Shown here one piece after another: positions 29,789-43,314 of a DNA stretch of 64,000 nucleotides. This DNA comes from Octopus sinensis (taxonomy: Eukaryota), in NCBI RefSeq assembly GCF_006345805.1, contig NC_043000.1:65038001-65102000 (forward strand). Direction: 5' to 3'. Position 1 is the first letter of the stretch. Each line of letters begins with the position of its first letter. The notes under the pieces were generated by a model. It searched no databases and was not told where the DNA came from. It saw only the letters and a list, made by a program, of their open reading frames with translations. A program made the position numbers and the translations under genes.

Positions 29789-30600
29789 CTAGTAGCACCC
29801 ATGTAAATTCCACGGTCAACACACTTGAAAACATTACGTAACGTCTTTCAAAACGTTCTTTTGATATCTTGCCATCTAATGAAAACTGCTTTTAAACATA
29901 ACTGAAATGAATACGTATGACAAATATGATGTACTTTATAGTTTAAGGAAATAAAAGATGAATTAGATAAAACTTATTCATATATATTTAGTAAATGTTT
30001 ATTATTTACGGTCTTTATTACATAGTTATAAAGTAAATGAATAAATACAAACGATAGTTTATATGATTATTATATGTATATAAAAAGAACAGGCACTTAC
30101 TGAATAAGATACAAACAATCTACATTACAAACAGGCCTGTACGAAGTCTATGTGACATACATACAAAAACAAAAATACAAAACCAATTTAAATGTGTCTG
30201 AAATAGGCATTGTATGTGATCATAGAAAATACTTAACAAACTGTATGAACTGAATGTAATACGAATGACATACATATACATGAGATAAATAAAATACTAG
30301 ATTTACTCTCTCAGCATTTAAAAAATTTTTATTTAGAAAGTTTTTAAGAATTTTACCTTCTTGTTTGTCTTGTCCGTTGGTCTCAACTACTCTTACAACC
30401 ACATCAGATAATTTTCTGGCCCTAGAAAATGCCACATATAATTGCTTATGGCTGAACACAGGAGGTGGTAAACATATTCCAATTTTGTTAAATGTTTGTT
30501 CTTGTGCCTTATTTACTGTCATAGAGTAAGGCAGCCTTACAGTTCTGAAATTAAAGGAAAACTGGAAACATTTGGAGTCAGTTTGATGTGAGGTTATTAG
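29789..30600 (-). pseudogene. Helitron 3' remnant with a PIF1-type helicase fragment
   Basis: [16 protein letters not shown]...[15 protein letters not shown] matches the PIF1/Helitron motifs TINKAQGQT and VFSHGQLYVAxSR; minus-strand hairpin plus CTAG|T at 29789-29818. Confidence 0.85.
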
Positions 30601-31135
30601 GAAGCGTATTTCTTCTTGTTACGTGTTATTGAAGTGGATCCAATGCAATTATTGTAGAGGCAGACACATCTTACATATAGTACATGCTTGCTTCTAATTA
30701 TTTCTTTTTCTGAAAAATAACCGCTTTCATTTATTCTCCTTTAAGCTCATGTCGTCTATCGTTGCCCATATTTTACAAAGAAATGTTTCGATTGAGCATC
30801 AGAGAATTAATTGCACCAAAGCGCATGTGTTAAGTGAAGGAACTTTAAAAACTAAAAATATATAAACAAACTACACCTTCGCTGTCCAACCACCACCAAG
30901 GCCCAATAAAAGTTATTTACCAATTGAGATTATTTTCATTTCTTTTCATTTCACTTTATGTCAGCAACATATCTATTTGTATATCAATTAATATATCTTT
31001 CTATTTGCATGACTTGATATATCGGTAGACTCATCTACCTACCTACCTACCTACTTACCTACCTACCTACCTACCTACCTACCTGCCTACCTGCCTGCCT
31101 GCCTGCTTGTCTGCCAGTCTGTCTGCCTGTCTGCC

Positions 31136-31191
<56 letters not shown>

Positions 31192-31576
31192 CGGGTAATT
31201 ATCATGTCTACTTTCCCTTCTGCCGATGTGTGTATGTTTACTTTCATAATACCGAGAATTTAAACCTGAAAAGAAAAAAAAAAGGGAATTGTGGCGGTGC
31301 CCCAACATAGCCACGGGTTTGGTCTGGAATACGTAAAAGATAAAACAATAACTTCCACAGCTATTTGTTAGCCAAGGTTATTTCACTTTAATTCAACTGT
31401 TTACCGATATATCTTTTAAAGCGTAAATTTATTGCTCTTCATAATATTGTTTTATATGTTAAACATTTCGATTGTGCCAGCGTTTTTTTTACACACAAAT
31501 GCAGAATAATAGAGACCTCTATCCTCCTGACTCTCTCCCTCTAATAGTACACACACACACGCACACACACACACAC

Positions 31577-31647
<71 letters not shown>

Positions 31648-32199
31648 TTTTCTCTCTGTGTGTCTCTTTCGTGTTTTCCCTTTCTATTTTTTCACTGATT
31701 CTACTATTCCCGTTTCGTTTCTTTCTTTGTTACCCTCTCTTCCTTTCTCCCCCTTTTCTTTATATATTTCTACATTCAGGCTATAACCTCACTTGATGAC
31801 CTAAATGTAACACACGGATGAGACTGTCAGGAACGGAGGAACAAACTGAATAATATTATAATGATTCAATGTCAAAGTACGATTAATGTACGCTGACTAA
31901 AGAATAAATTTACTCAGTTAATTAAATCATAAGAAAAATATATTGTTGGCGTCAGCAATTATATATGACACATCGAATTGTTCGTTTATGACACAATGAA
32001 AAATATCAGTGTTACTTAATCCGAAAGATCATATTTACAATACAAAGGTGTGCACAGCAAAAACATTTGAATATTCACAGAGGAGCAGTATGGGAGTGAG
32101 TTTGTGTGTGCGTGAGTAAAAAGACGGATTGAGTTTGGTTGTAAAAATCCAGCGCTTGTTTTTGACTATCATATCTTTGTTGAGAAAATGTGAAATAGC

Positions 32200-32410
32200 C
32201 CTTCTACTATAGGCACAAAGCCTGAAATTTTGTGAGACAGGGGTGCTAGTCGATTACATCAACCCCAGTGCTCATCTGGTGCTTATTTTATCGATCTCGA
32301 AACGATGAAAGGCGAAATCGACCTCGGTGAAATTTGAACTGAGAACATAAAGATGGACGAAATGCTGTTAAGCATTTTTGTCCGGAGTCCTAAAGATTCT
32401 GCTAGCTCAC
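32200..32410 (-). mobile_element. SINE family B
   Basis: gatgaaaggcgaaatcgacctcggtgaaatttgaact...gattctgctagctc. Confidence 0.7.
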
Positions 32411-33053
32411 AAAAATAGAAGTGGAAGTGAGGGAGTACCTCATCAGCTACTTTTGTCAGCTTTGATGAGATGTCTTTGAAGCGTGTTGAATCGTCCAAGT
32501 TCTGCAGCTTTTCCCCTTTCTTATGGAAAACGTGAGTTGTATAAGACTTAATTTTAACAATAATAAAAAACGAACAGGTCAGAATTTAGAGAACTCAAAA
32601 GATTTCCTAGGTTTCCTATCACCAACTGGTTTTCCTTGTAGTTAATTGAGCCTTCAAATGTCATCTACTTGGCTTTATCTGTTGTAGGAACAGTTTCCCG
32701 TGTGAGTGAAGCAGAGGGGGTTAGTTTCAAATCCTAGTTGACTTGCTGCTCTAGATGTTTCATAACGCGCTAGAGAAGCTAATCAACCATTTGTCTTTCA
32801 ATCAAACCAGGATAAAAATCATAAAAAATAAAAAGGAAATTGGATAATATTTCAAACCGGCTGAGATACCAGAACGTCTGTACACATACCACACATACGC
32901 ACGCACGCACACACTGACAGGGGGGGGGGATAAAGAGTCGACAATTCAGTAGAAAACTTTTAATTTCGTATCTTATTAAACAATCTAAAGTCTTTCTGAG
33001 TGCTAAAATACTTCTTCACGGTTTGTTGTGGAGGAGATAAGATCAAGGAGAGA

Positions 33054-33104
<51 letters not shown>

Positions 33105-33431
33105 TGTGTAAGATAGAGAGAAATAAGTAGAGAGTGTGTGTGGTAGTGGGGAATGGCAGTAATAGTTTAGATATAAGTAGAAAATGACGTGTAATTTGTT
33201 TACAGTTACTGAGATGGATGCTCATTTGAAGTTAGAATAGATCTTAAATTTACCGTTAAAGTGTATGGATTGCTGGGAAAATTCTGGTGAGTGTTTCAAG
33301 AGCTTTCCTAACCTGACATGTAGTAATTAATAGATATATTCGAAAGGAGATATTGAAATAGAGCATTTACGTGCCGAGTCAGTTTTATATTCGTTATGAT
33401 TGCAAACAGAACTCTAATAAAATAAATAAAT

Positions 33432-33474
<43 letters not shown>

Positions 33475-35049
33475 AAATAAATATGATCTCAAATGTTATC
33501 TTTGATATTAAGATTTCGGACACTGCCTATCGTTAAAAGTAAATTATACTTTTTAGTTTTGTAGGTCGGCACTTGAGATTTTGATTAAATTATCGAAAAG
33601 TGACTTTCTGGAAATATTGGAAGAGATCGCCTTGTCCTCGTTTCCAGGAACTGACTGAGGGCCGCTTCTCGTAACTATCGGTATGACTTCTGTCCTTATC
33701 ATCTTGCGATTAGAAAGAGATGGAAAATGAGCATGAATAGAAGACTTTGGAGACATCAGACAAAGCAAGCAAGAGGTGGTGGGGGGAGCACTCTTCGAGG
33801 AAAAAAGAGAATAGCCACTTATAGATTTCAAGTAAGAAGTGTCAGGAGGAGCCCATCTTCCCTAACATTGTTTGGAAATTCACAGATCTATGCACAAAAA
33901 ACGAACAATTGACTAACAGCATAGATGAGGCCATTTCGAGACAAATTCAATACAAGCAGGTGAGTGAATAGGCTCCAACTAGTTGAAGAATGAGAAAGGC
34001 AGCACATTGAGGGAGAAAACGACGAACAATGTCACGAAGAAATTTACTTAGACTATTAACTGGATGTGAATTATTTCTTAGCCACTCTGACATCAAAAGT
34101 ACCCATTAGCACTTTTGAAAAGAACAATTATGTGGGCTATACGTTTAGAAAAGAGATGGCGGTGGCGGGGTGGGGAATCAGAATTGTGGGAGCCGTGGGC
34201 TGACCCAGATAGAGGATCATCATCCGTGTATGGGTCGGCTGCCCTATTTTCTTAAAATTCTATCTGTGTTTTACAATTTTATTTAATTATTTTGTGATTA
34301 CTTTCTGTCATATACAAAATATGTTCAGCATGCTCTAATATAATGTAAAATGTCTTTAATACGCACAATTTCTTTTATCTCGTCTTTTTTTCCGTATTCC
34401 AACGTTTTGTAATACTTTTTAATTTGTCTATGGACTATTTGGATGGTCTTGGTGGCAAATTAATGAAATAATTCCTTTCAAGTTAGTTAAATCTAATACC
34501 ATTAAATTTATATTTATTAGTGCGAAGAAAACCAAGACCGCATAAAAAGAAACACGCATCATGTGCCAAAATTACTTTACAAAAACGAACGAAACATGGG
34601 TTTAGGCTGCGTGACAGATGTATAGATATATAAATACAGATGTTAGACAAAAATATCTTTCTGACGTATATATGTCTATGATTGTATCTTATCTAGTTCT
34701 GTCTGGCTGTCTGTCTTTCTGTCTGCCTGTATGGATGGATCGATGTGTGTATAAATGCATGTGTGTGTATGAGTGTGTGTCTATGTATCTGTGTGTGTAT
34801 AATGATCTACTGTGTTATTTATAATTTTAAGAAATTAAGAAGTTAGACATTCACTGTTTTCCATTAGTGGTAAACTATAGGTTTTAGTTTTGTAGGTCGG
34901 CGCTTTAGATTGGAAATATTACTTCCTTGTCTTATCAATTGCACGTGTAATTAGTAAAATTATGAATAACGTTTTTCAAGATATTCAAGCATACGTATAT
35001 TAAAAAAATGGAATGGTTCTGGTGAAGCATTGTGTGGTATTACTTTTAA

Positions 35050-35872
35050 GAGATTTGTTGTGTAATGCCGGAACAATGCAAGAAGAAAAGAAAAGAAAAC
35101 AAAGATGCAGGTCTACCTTGTATGTCTTCATTTCAGGGTTATGACACCTTCGAAAAACGACGGATGGAAAAGTCATTGCTCAGATGTGTGGGGGATGAAA
35201 GAGGAAGAGGGAGGAATAGGAAGGTAACAAGCGCAGACTGGTTACTATAGCAACACCAGTTGGCACATGTCACCTTTCTTCCCCCTCTCCCTTTCTCTTT
35301 CCTCTCCCACACGTCTGAGCAACGAACTTTTCCATCCCTCGCTTTTCCAAATGTCCTGAAGAAGTGGATATAGTCTCAAGATATAGAAATATTAGCAGTA
35401 TCGCCCGGCGTTGCTCGGGTTTGTTTCGACCCTTTAGAATTAGAATTTTTGAAAAGTAAAAATTTTGCATTATGTAGCTTGTTATTCTCTTTAAGTGAAC
35501 ATTTTTCTGGTTGAAATATACCGAAAAATGGCGACACGGCAGTGAAAAAATCGTAAAAAATAGGGATTTTCATAGAAAAAAAGCACCTTTTTTATGTAAA
35601 TAATTTTTGGTGTTAACATGGTCAGATTTAAATTTTTTCTTCTACGGAAGGAAGAGCAAGCCTTCTTCTGTCATACTCTCAATTTTGGTCAACTTGTGCC
35701 GCAGGGTCTCGGAGGAAATAGTGTTAGTTAAAGGCTACCAAACCTGCCATACACAGACAACTTCAGCTTTATATAGAGAGATAAGGTAAAACAGCAGTTT
35801 TGTTTTGTTTACTTTTTCTTTTGTGCTATACTTTGTACCTTCTCGCGTTGTTCCGACGGTACACAACAAATC

Positions 35873-35875
<3 letters not shown>
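35050..35875 (+). mobile_element. Decayed hairpin pLTR-like element interrupted by a Helitron
   Basis: 35050-35229 is reverse-complementary to 35268-35348 plus 35790-35875; CTGAAGA at 35356; ends in (TA)n. Confidence 0.55.
35392..35781 (-). mobile_element. Non-autonomous Helitron
   Basis: Reverse complement of 55444-55767; 5' TC, 3' hairpin cccgagcaacgccggg, terminal CTAA (mutated CTAG). Confidence 0.8.
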
Positions 35876-35922
<47 letters not shown>

Positions 35923-36034
35923 TACCGAACCTCTCATCCGGAATTCAGAAATCCGGCTGTTTTTGAAACTGGCTAGCTTTGAATTTCATATACGTAAAAT
36001 ATAGGATAGCGAATTTTTTTTTAGAAATTTCATT

Positions 36035-36275
36035 GCTAGTGGCCTAGCATGTATACAAAGTCAATAGGCAACATATTCTCCATATAAAATTAGTGTACAT
36101 TAAACACAAAATTTTTTCATTTGCTGCTCTTAAATTTAGTATTGGTCGTTTTGACTGCTCCTTCTAGCATGTAAGGCTGCCTGTTAAGGGTCGTCTCTTT
36201 TGTGTTTAAATGTACACTAATTTTATATGGAGAATATGTAATCTATTTACTTTTTATACATGCTAGGCCACTGGC
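36035..36275. repeat. Inverted repeat / MITE-like foldback
   Basis: 36035-36110 is the reverse complement of 36198-36275. Confidence 0.7.
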
Positions 36276-36587
36276 CAAGATGTTTGTAAAAGTTTGAAGC
36301 GCACCGAGATATAACTTGCAGCCCATTAGGATGTCACACCGTTTGAGAACTGTTTACAAAGGATTTTTTTTCTTTAACTGAAGTTCTTAAAAACAAAGTC
36401 ACTGGTGTGATGAGAGAAGGGAAAAATGAAGAGAAGTGTTAGCGACTTCTTGTACTCATTTCCACCAACTCAAATTTTTGGAAAGAAAAAGAAAGGAGAA
36501 TCATTGGTGAATGGAATCAATAAAACCTTTCCATACAAAATGTTTTGAACGGGGATTCTGTAACTACTATTATTATAATTCAGGAAA

Positions 36588-36775
36588 AGGCGGCGAGTTG
36601 GCAGAGTCGTTAGTGGAAATTCGTCCGTCTTTACGTTTAGAGTTCAAATTCCGCCGAAGTCGACTTTGCCTTTCTTCCTTTCGATGTCGATAAAATAAGT
36701 ACCAGTCGAGCACCGAAGTTGATGTCATCGATTCCCCCCTCCCCCGAAATTGCTGGCCTTGTGCCCAAATTCCAA
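36588..36775 (+). mobile_element. SINE family B
   Basis: ggcggcgagttggcagagtcgttag...gagttcaaattccgccgaagtcgactttgcc. Confidence 0.75.
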
Positions 36776-37908
36776 TATAATTCAGGATGTTCTCCATGCT
36801 TTTGTATTTTATGACTACTTTTGTTCTAGCTTTTATTGTTACTGTTGTTGGCGCTGACTTTTATATCTTAGTATACGGAAAATAATGAAGATCAATGCTT
36901 TTATGGAGTTCATAATAATTTGAAGACGTTTCAGCATATTTTAATATAAATCAACGCATTGACTGTTGTCAAATAAAAATTTGAGAAAATTATCAGAAGG
37001 CATGATGAGGTGAAATTACATATTACCATACCGAAGAAATTAATAAGAAAATAAGAAATCCTATTAAAAGTGACACAGACACTATTTGTAATCATAATAG
37101 CTTGTCCTAAGAAGAAAGTGATGAATATGTAAATTAGTAAAAGTTTTTTGTTATATAAATCAAAACATATGTCTGTGGAGCACCATTTCCGATAATTTAT
37201 TTCTTTATACTCTGACACAAGTTATCATAAATAACAGATACTTTCATATATTTAAAACACGGTACGATCGACGATAACGTAATAGTTGTGATACTCATGC
37301 CTTTCCTTGGGAACATCAGTTATAAATGTAAGATAAAGAGAACCAAAAGTGAGAACTAAGAATATTTGATACGCATTACTGAGTATAAATAACTGTTTCT
37401 TATAAAACTTTGGGTTAACATGCAGTTTACCGTTATAAAAAAGTGAAGGTAAATTGTCCTAAAAAATTAAAGTAAATTCCAAACCGGAAGTGACAATGTC
37501 ATGCCTAAATTTCATGTAAAAAATAAAGAACTCCTTCATTATATCACGTCCACAGGTACCTACATGTATAGTACGTTCTAGTGATATCTTAGATATTCTA
37601 GAAATAGCAGCTGAGATAGATTGGAATGATGTATCTCAGCTGCTACACATCGTCCCAACGTATTTATACCTAGTAACAAATACTTCTGAGAAGGCACTTC
37701 GGTGATTTGCATGTCAACGCATGGTAGCCGACATGGTCATATGAAGAATACAATAATTCCGCACGATTGAGTTATAAAGAACCAATAGGAAGTGGAGGCG
37801 ATATTCCTGTGGATTCACTCGAGTCGATTCCTTTTTTGAGAGGAAACATTTGATTCTCAAAGCCTTGTGAATAGATTTGATTGGCCGGAAACTGAAAGAA
37901 CCCCGACG

Positions 37909-37967
<59 letters not shown>

Positions 37968-38011
37968 TAATATATATACATACAACACACACACAACACA
38001 TATATATATAT

Positions 38012-38065
<54 letters not shown>

Positions 38066-38070
38066 CATAA

Positions 38071-38836
38071 CGTTTCGCTGACGATATCGTACTCATTACT
38101 GAACAGGGATCAGCTTCAGACCATGCTGACGGAGCTCGACATCAAAGCTCTGAGTAGGTTCAAGATGAACCGCATGAAAACAAAGTTCATGCGGTCAGAC
38201 AAAGTACCAACAGGTCGATGGTGATCGGCAGTGATGAAATAGGTAAGGGAATACGTCTACCGGGATAGAAGTAATATGTGCCGAGATATCGAATCGAAAA
38301 GGAGCTCACGGAGAGTAGGGCGGTGAAGGCGTTCAATGGCATAAGGGACTGTGCTCAAAGGAAGGTTGGACAGACCACCCGCGCCAACCTCTATAACAGT
38401 GCAGTTCTGCATGCAATGTTATATGGTAGTGTGAAACATGGGCTACCACAAAGAGAGAAGAGCAAGACTGGTAACGTCAAAGAGCCATGGAAAGGTCAAT
38501 GCTTGGTATCTCGTGAGAGAGCACATAAGTAGCGAGATCATCAGAAAGAAGTCCGGTGAGAGATGTCATCGCAGAGTATACACGCAGCAAGTATAGATGG
38601 CTGGACACGTCGCCCGGCTCACCGATAATCGGTGGACGCAACAGTTGCGAGTGGTACCCGACGCGAGCGGAAAAGCCACCCGGAAGACTTCCACGAGGTG
38701 GAGTAACGAGTAGGAGGACGATTGGCATCACGTGGATGAGAAAGGCGCGATCCAGAGAGAAGTGGGACAGCGTGCTGTGACCAGGCGGTGTCAAATGGAC
38801 GCCTGACGGACTGGTCGGTCAAGGTGATAAAGGTGA
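38071..38836 (+). pseudogene. 5'-truncated RTE-clade LINE (RT C-terminus)
   Basis: ttcgctgacgatatcgtactc = FADDIVL, then QLQTMLTEL...[10 protein letters not shown] and LYNSAVLHAMLYGS; followed by a (TACA)n-like tail; frameshifted. Confidence 0.85.
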
Positions 38837-38928
38837 TATATATACATACATACATACATTACATACATTTAACATACATACATACTACATACACATAATA
38901 TACATTATATTATATATATATTATATAT

Positions 38929-40535
38929 ATACCAATTAAGGACTGAACACGAAAAGTGGACAGTCAACATGCTAGATATAGACGTCAAATCGCCATTCAC
39001 CACGAAGATTCTGTTCTCAGATCAAACTCAGCACCAAAACCATAGCAATAAATCAAGTGAAAAATATACGAAATTAAAAAATTACCCTGTATAATTAGTT
39101 ATCGGATGTTATTTTCGCAAGGAAAACTGCAGCCATCACAGCTGGTCCGTTAAATGCAATTTGCTGGACTAGATGCAAACACGATACGAAATATCGCGTG
39201 CATGGAGTTCAGCCTATTAATTTGAATATATCTTTCAAATGCCTTTACACGCGTTGAGACCCGAGAAACTAGCCTGCAGCTAATAATTAGCAGCGTCAAT
39301 TTATCGGTTAGGAACATATTTATATAAAATTAATTAAGGGTAGAAATTGATATTTATCAATTAAGACCAGTGGTCTAGCATATTAAAAAAGAATCCGAAG
39401 ATTAAAATATTTATATATACCAATTAAGGACTGAACACGAAAAGTGGACAGTCAACATGGCTAGATATAGACGTCAAATCGCCATTCACCACAAAAGATT
39501 ATGTTCTCAGATCAACTCAGCACAAAAAACATAGCAATAAACAAGTGAAAAATATACGAAATAAAATATTACCCATGTACTAATTAGTTTCGCTGTTATT
39601 TTCCGCAAGGACAAAAACCTGCAGCCATCATCAGCATGGTCACGCGCGCCAAAGTAAAGGCATTTGAAAGATATATTCAAATGTAATAGGCTGAATCCAG
39701 CACGCGATATTTCGGTATCGTGTTTGCATCTTAGTCCAGCAAATTGCATTTCTAACGGACCATGCTGATGATGAAACTAATTAGACATGGGTAATATTTT
39801 ATTTCGTAATTTTTCACTTGTTTATGCTATGGTTGTGCTGATTTGATCTGAGAACATAATCTTTGGGTTTGACATGGCGATTTGACCGTCTATATCTAGC
39901 ATGTTGATGTCCATTTTCGTGTTCACTTAATTGGTATATATAAATATTTTAATATTCGGATTCTTTTAATATGCTAGACCACATGGTCTTAATTGATAAA
40001 TATCAATTTCTAACCTTAATTAATTTTATATAAATAAATATGTCTCTAACCGATAAATTGACTGCTGCTAATTATTGCTGCAGGCTAGTTTTCTCGGGTC
40101 TCAACGCGCCAAGTAACGGCATTTGAAAGATATATCAAATGTAATAGGCTGAACTCCATGCACGCGATATTTCGGTATCGTGTTTGGCATCTAGTCCAGC
40201 AAATTGCATTTATAACGGACCATGCTGATGATGGCTGCAGTTTTCCTTGCGGAAAATAACAGCGAAACTAATTCGTACATGGGTAATATTTTATTTCGTA
40301 TATTTTTCACTTGTTTATTGCTATGGTTTGTGCTTGCTGAGTTTGATTGAGAACATAATCTTTTTGTGAAGTGTGGCGATGATTCCATACGTCTATATCT
40401 AGAGCATGTTGAGTGTCCACTTTTGTGTGTCAGTCCTTAATTGGTATATATAAATATTTAATCTTCGGATTCTTTTTTAATATGCTAGACCACTGGTCTT
40501 AATTGATAAATATCAATTTCTACCTTAATTAATTT

Positions 40536-40540
<5 letters not shown>
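38929..40540. mobile_element. Family P4 array: ~1.5 antisense and ~1.8 sense head-to-tail units, four hammerhead positions
   Basis: accaattaaggactgaacac at 38931 and 39420; ttggtatatataaatat at 39931 and 40441 (510-bp period); inversion near 39642; motifs at 39573-39639 (-), 40220-40282 (+), stem-II-deleted 39760-39790 (+), degenerate ~39085-39146 (-). Confidence 0.8.
40220..40282 (+). ncRNA. Type-I hammerhead ribozyme (family P4)
   Basis: ccatg-CTGATGA-tggctg...cagc-GAAAC-taattc-GTA-catgg. Confidence 0.75.
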
Positions 40541-40609
<69 letters not shown>

Positions 40610-40669
40610 TATATATTATATATATATACACATACATATATATACACACACACATACATTACACGTGTG

Positions 40670-40840
40670 TCTTAGTGTTCTGTTTGTCCCCCACCACGAC
40701 TTGACAATCAAAAGGAGACCGATAGAATAAGCGCTAAGTTTCAAAAAATAAGTATTGTGGGGGTCGATGTATTTGACTAAAACCTTCAATGCGGCACCCC
40801 AGCATGGCCACAATCTAATGACCGAAACAAGTAAAAGAAT
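40670..40840 (+). mobile_element. SINE family A, 3' part
   Basis: gtttgtccccc...gagaccgatagaataag...gaaacaagtaaaag. Confidence 0.7.
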
Positions 40841-41434
40841 AATAATTCAACTAATGTAAACGTGGGTTAGAAAGTGATACATACATACATTGTTTACATG
40901 ATATTTTGGGATGTTACTGTCGTCATTTCCGGTTTCTATTGCAATTTACTTTAATTTTTTTTTTAGAATAACTTACTTTCACTATTTCTATGACAGTAAA
41001 CTGTTTGTTAACCAATATTTGAACCTTTTACACTGCCAGTTATAAAAATATATACAACTTTCCAAATAATCTCGATTTCATACAAGGACTAATTCTATAG
41101 CAGGAAATACAGTATAGTATGAATAATAAGAGGAACAATACAACCTCAAATTGGTCAACAGACCTCAAGATGTATATTACAAAAACATGTATAAATAGAG
41201 AGCTTTATCTTACACACACACACCACACACACACACACACACATACATACACACACACACACTCACGCACACACACACACACTCACGCGCGCACACACAC
41301 ACACATGCACACACACATGCACATACACGAACACACATATACCCCCCATTCATACGTAGTTATACATATATAAACACTCTGATATATATTAATGTACGTG
41401 CATGTATTAAAATGGCAGAGTTACTATCATATAC

Positions 41435-41600
41435 TTTTTATTCTTTACTGGTTTCAATATTGGACTGTAGTCATGCTGGAGCACTGCCTTCAAGGATTTA
41501 GCCGATAATATCTATACCTGTAAAAAATCTTAGCCCACTATTTATTTTATCAATCTGTAATGTCGAATCGCTAAGTCAAGGGACATAAAGAGACACACGA
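41435..41600 (-). mobile_element. SINE family A, degenerate 3' part
   Basis: catgctggagcactgccttcaagg is the reverse complement of the family A tail. Confidence 0.55.
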
Positions 41601-41780
41601 CATAAACAACCACCGTCTGCTTTTCAGATTAGTGTAAACATAAAACACAATCACGGATACTGTTGCGTAAGCGCGCATGCACACATTCACACACACACAG
41701 ACTTTCCTCCCTCTCTCTCTTTCACATACATACATACATACATACATACATACATACATACATACATACATACATACATA

Positions 41781-41824
<44 letters not shown>

Positions 41825-41999
41825 ACACACTCATGTAATTGAACAAATAACAGCTTCAAGGATTTAGGACAAATAATAAATGAGGAAGGTCATTGTGAAG
41901 AATTTACTCAAAGAATAAAAAAAGAGTGAATCAACATTTTAAGAATGAAAAAGATCTTCGTCTCATAACACATAACACTGCACCCAGAATTGAGGCTAG

Positions 42000-42395
42000 T
42001 TATCCTCTACACTTGACTGACATAACGTGGACAGTGTATACATTTATGGTGGGAAAGACTGAAGGATTTGAGACTCAGGTATTTTTCAGATTGGGCAGGA
42101 TAAACTGGAGAGACAGGGTAATAGAAATTGCAGAACTAGAAAATCTGAAAGTCCAAATAGACATATTGTCGAGAATCGAGTCCACAAAGCTATCATACTT
42201 TGAACCACTCCGCAAGACCGTTCTGACAGAAAGTGTTGAGGGTAATAAAGCAAGAGACCGTCGTGGGCGTTTGTGGACTGAGGATGGCGACGAATATACT
42301 AGAAAAGTGAACCTTAGTGATTGTATGTATGCAAGTCAGCACTGAGAGAACTGGAGAATCTTAGCAAGCTGATCCCTAGACAGGAATGGCAGAGG
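42000..42395 (+). pseudogene. RTE-like LINE 3' fragment
   Basis: TWT...EGFE...RLGRINWRDRV...LSYFE...VEGNKARDRRGRLWTED resembles the RTE C-terminus (WxDxV...EGKRxRGRP..W.D). Confidence 0.65.
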
Positions 42396-43149
42396 ATTAC
42401 ATTTTATACATGGCGTTGAACCTTATTTTCGGTACTGGAACTTCCTAACCGTAACCTATACCCAAGGTACTTAATATTGAACCGAAAAATTCCCAAAGAG
42501 AAAGTGCCATTTAAGCCTTATTAATTTAATATTCTGTTAGAACAACGGATTTGTAAGATATTTGAAAGAAATGACAGCTTTAGTTTTTGACTTGCTGCAG
42601 TGAATTACACATATAAGCTACCATCCTAAGTACAGCCACAAGGACAAATTTGGCTACAGAGAAACATAAGAATAAAAGAAAATAGGAAAAAGAAAAACAT
42701 TGTTTCAGTACATTAAGGGTCGGTACTTCCTTTAATGCAAAGGAAACACCAATGTAAATATAAGGAAACGAAATAAGTGTTTACATACGTGGAAATATAA
42801 ATACATTATTTATATCCGTTTAAAGCTGCATAAATATGCTGTTATATATAGATATTTGATACACGTACATGATACATGCACACATCGATAAATTTATATT
42901 TCATACTTTCACACACACATATATAAATATACATATGTATGTATATATATATTTATATATGTATGTCTGTCTGTATGTATGCATGTATGTGTGTATGCAT
43001 GTACGTTTGAATAGACACACGCACAGAAACTACACACTCATATATAGACACACACATGGACGCTTGTATGCATACACATGATGTATATATGCACATATGT
43101 ATGCATACATATACTGCATATATGCACATATGTATGCATTATATATGTC

Positions 43150-43185
<36 letters not shown>

Positions 43186-43192
43186 CTGTATG

Positions 43193-43226
<34 letters not shown>

Positions 43227-43229
43227 TAA

Positions 43230-43263
<34 letters not shown>

Positions 43264-43279
43264 ATGGTGTGTGTGTGTT

Positions 43280-43312
<33 letters not shown>

Positions 43313-43314
43313 GT

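Larger units (their letters stand above)
27555..31530. repeat. Old inverted duplication: arms ~27555-28285 and ~30875-31530
   Basis: ggtctctactcttctgcatttg...gcacagttgaaatgtttaac vs gttaaacatttcgattgtgc...caaatgcagaataatagagacc; ttggtaaataacttt...ggacagcgaa vs ttcgctgtcc...aaagttatttaccaa. Confidence 0.8.
37410..41015. repeat. Diverged inverted pair ~37410-37520 / ~40892-41015
   Basis: ggttaacatgcagtttac...aaattaaagtaaatt...aaaccggaagtgac vs gtcatttccggttt...aatttactttaattt...gtaaactgtttgttaacc. Confidence 0.65.

Noticed and set aside
32440-32450. Minus-strand CTGATGA
   Set aside because: No downstream GAAA or stems
38929-40540. CRISPR-like or satellite array
   Set aside because: Eukaryotic context, no repeat-spacer pattern; ~500-bp units with an inversion and hammerheads fit a retroelement
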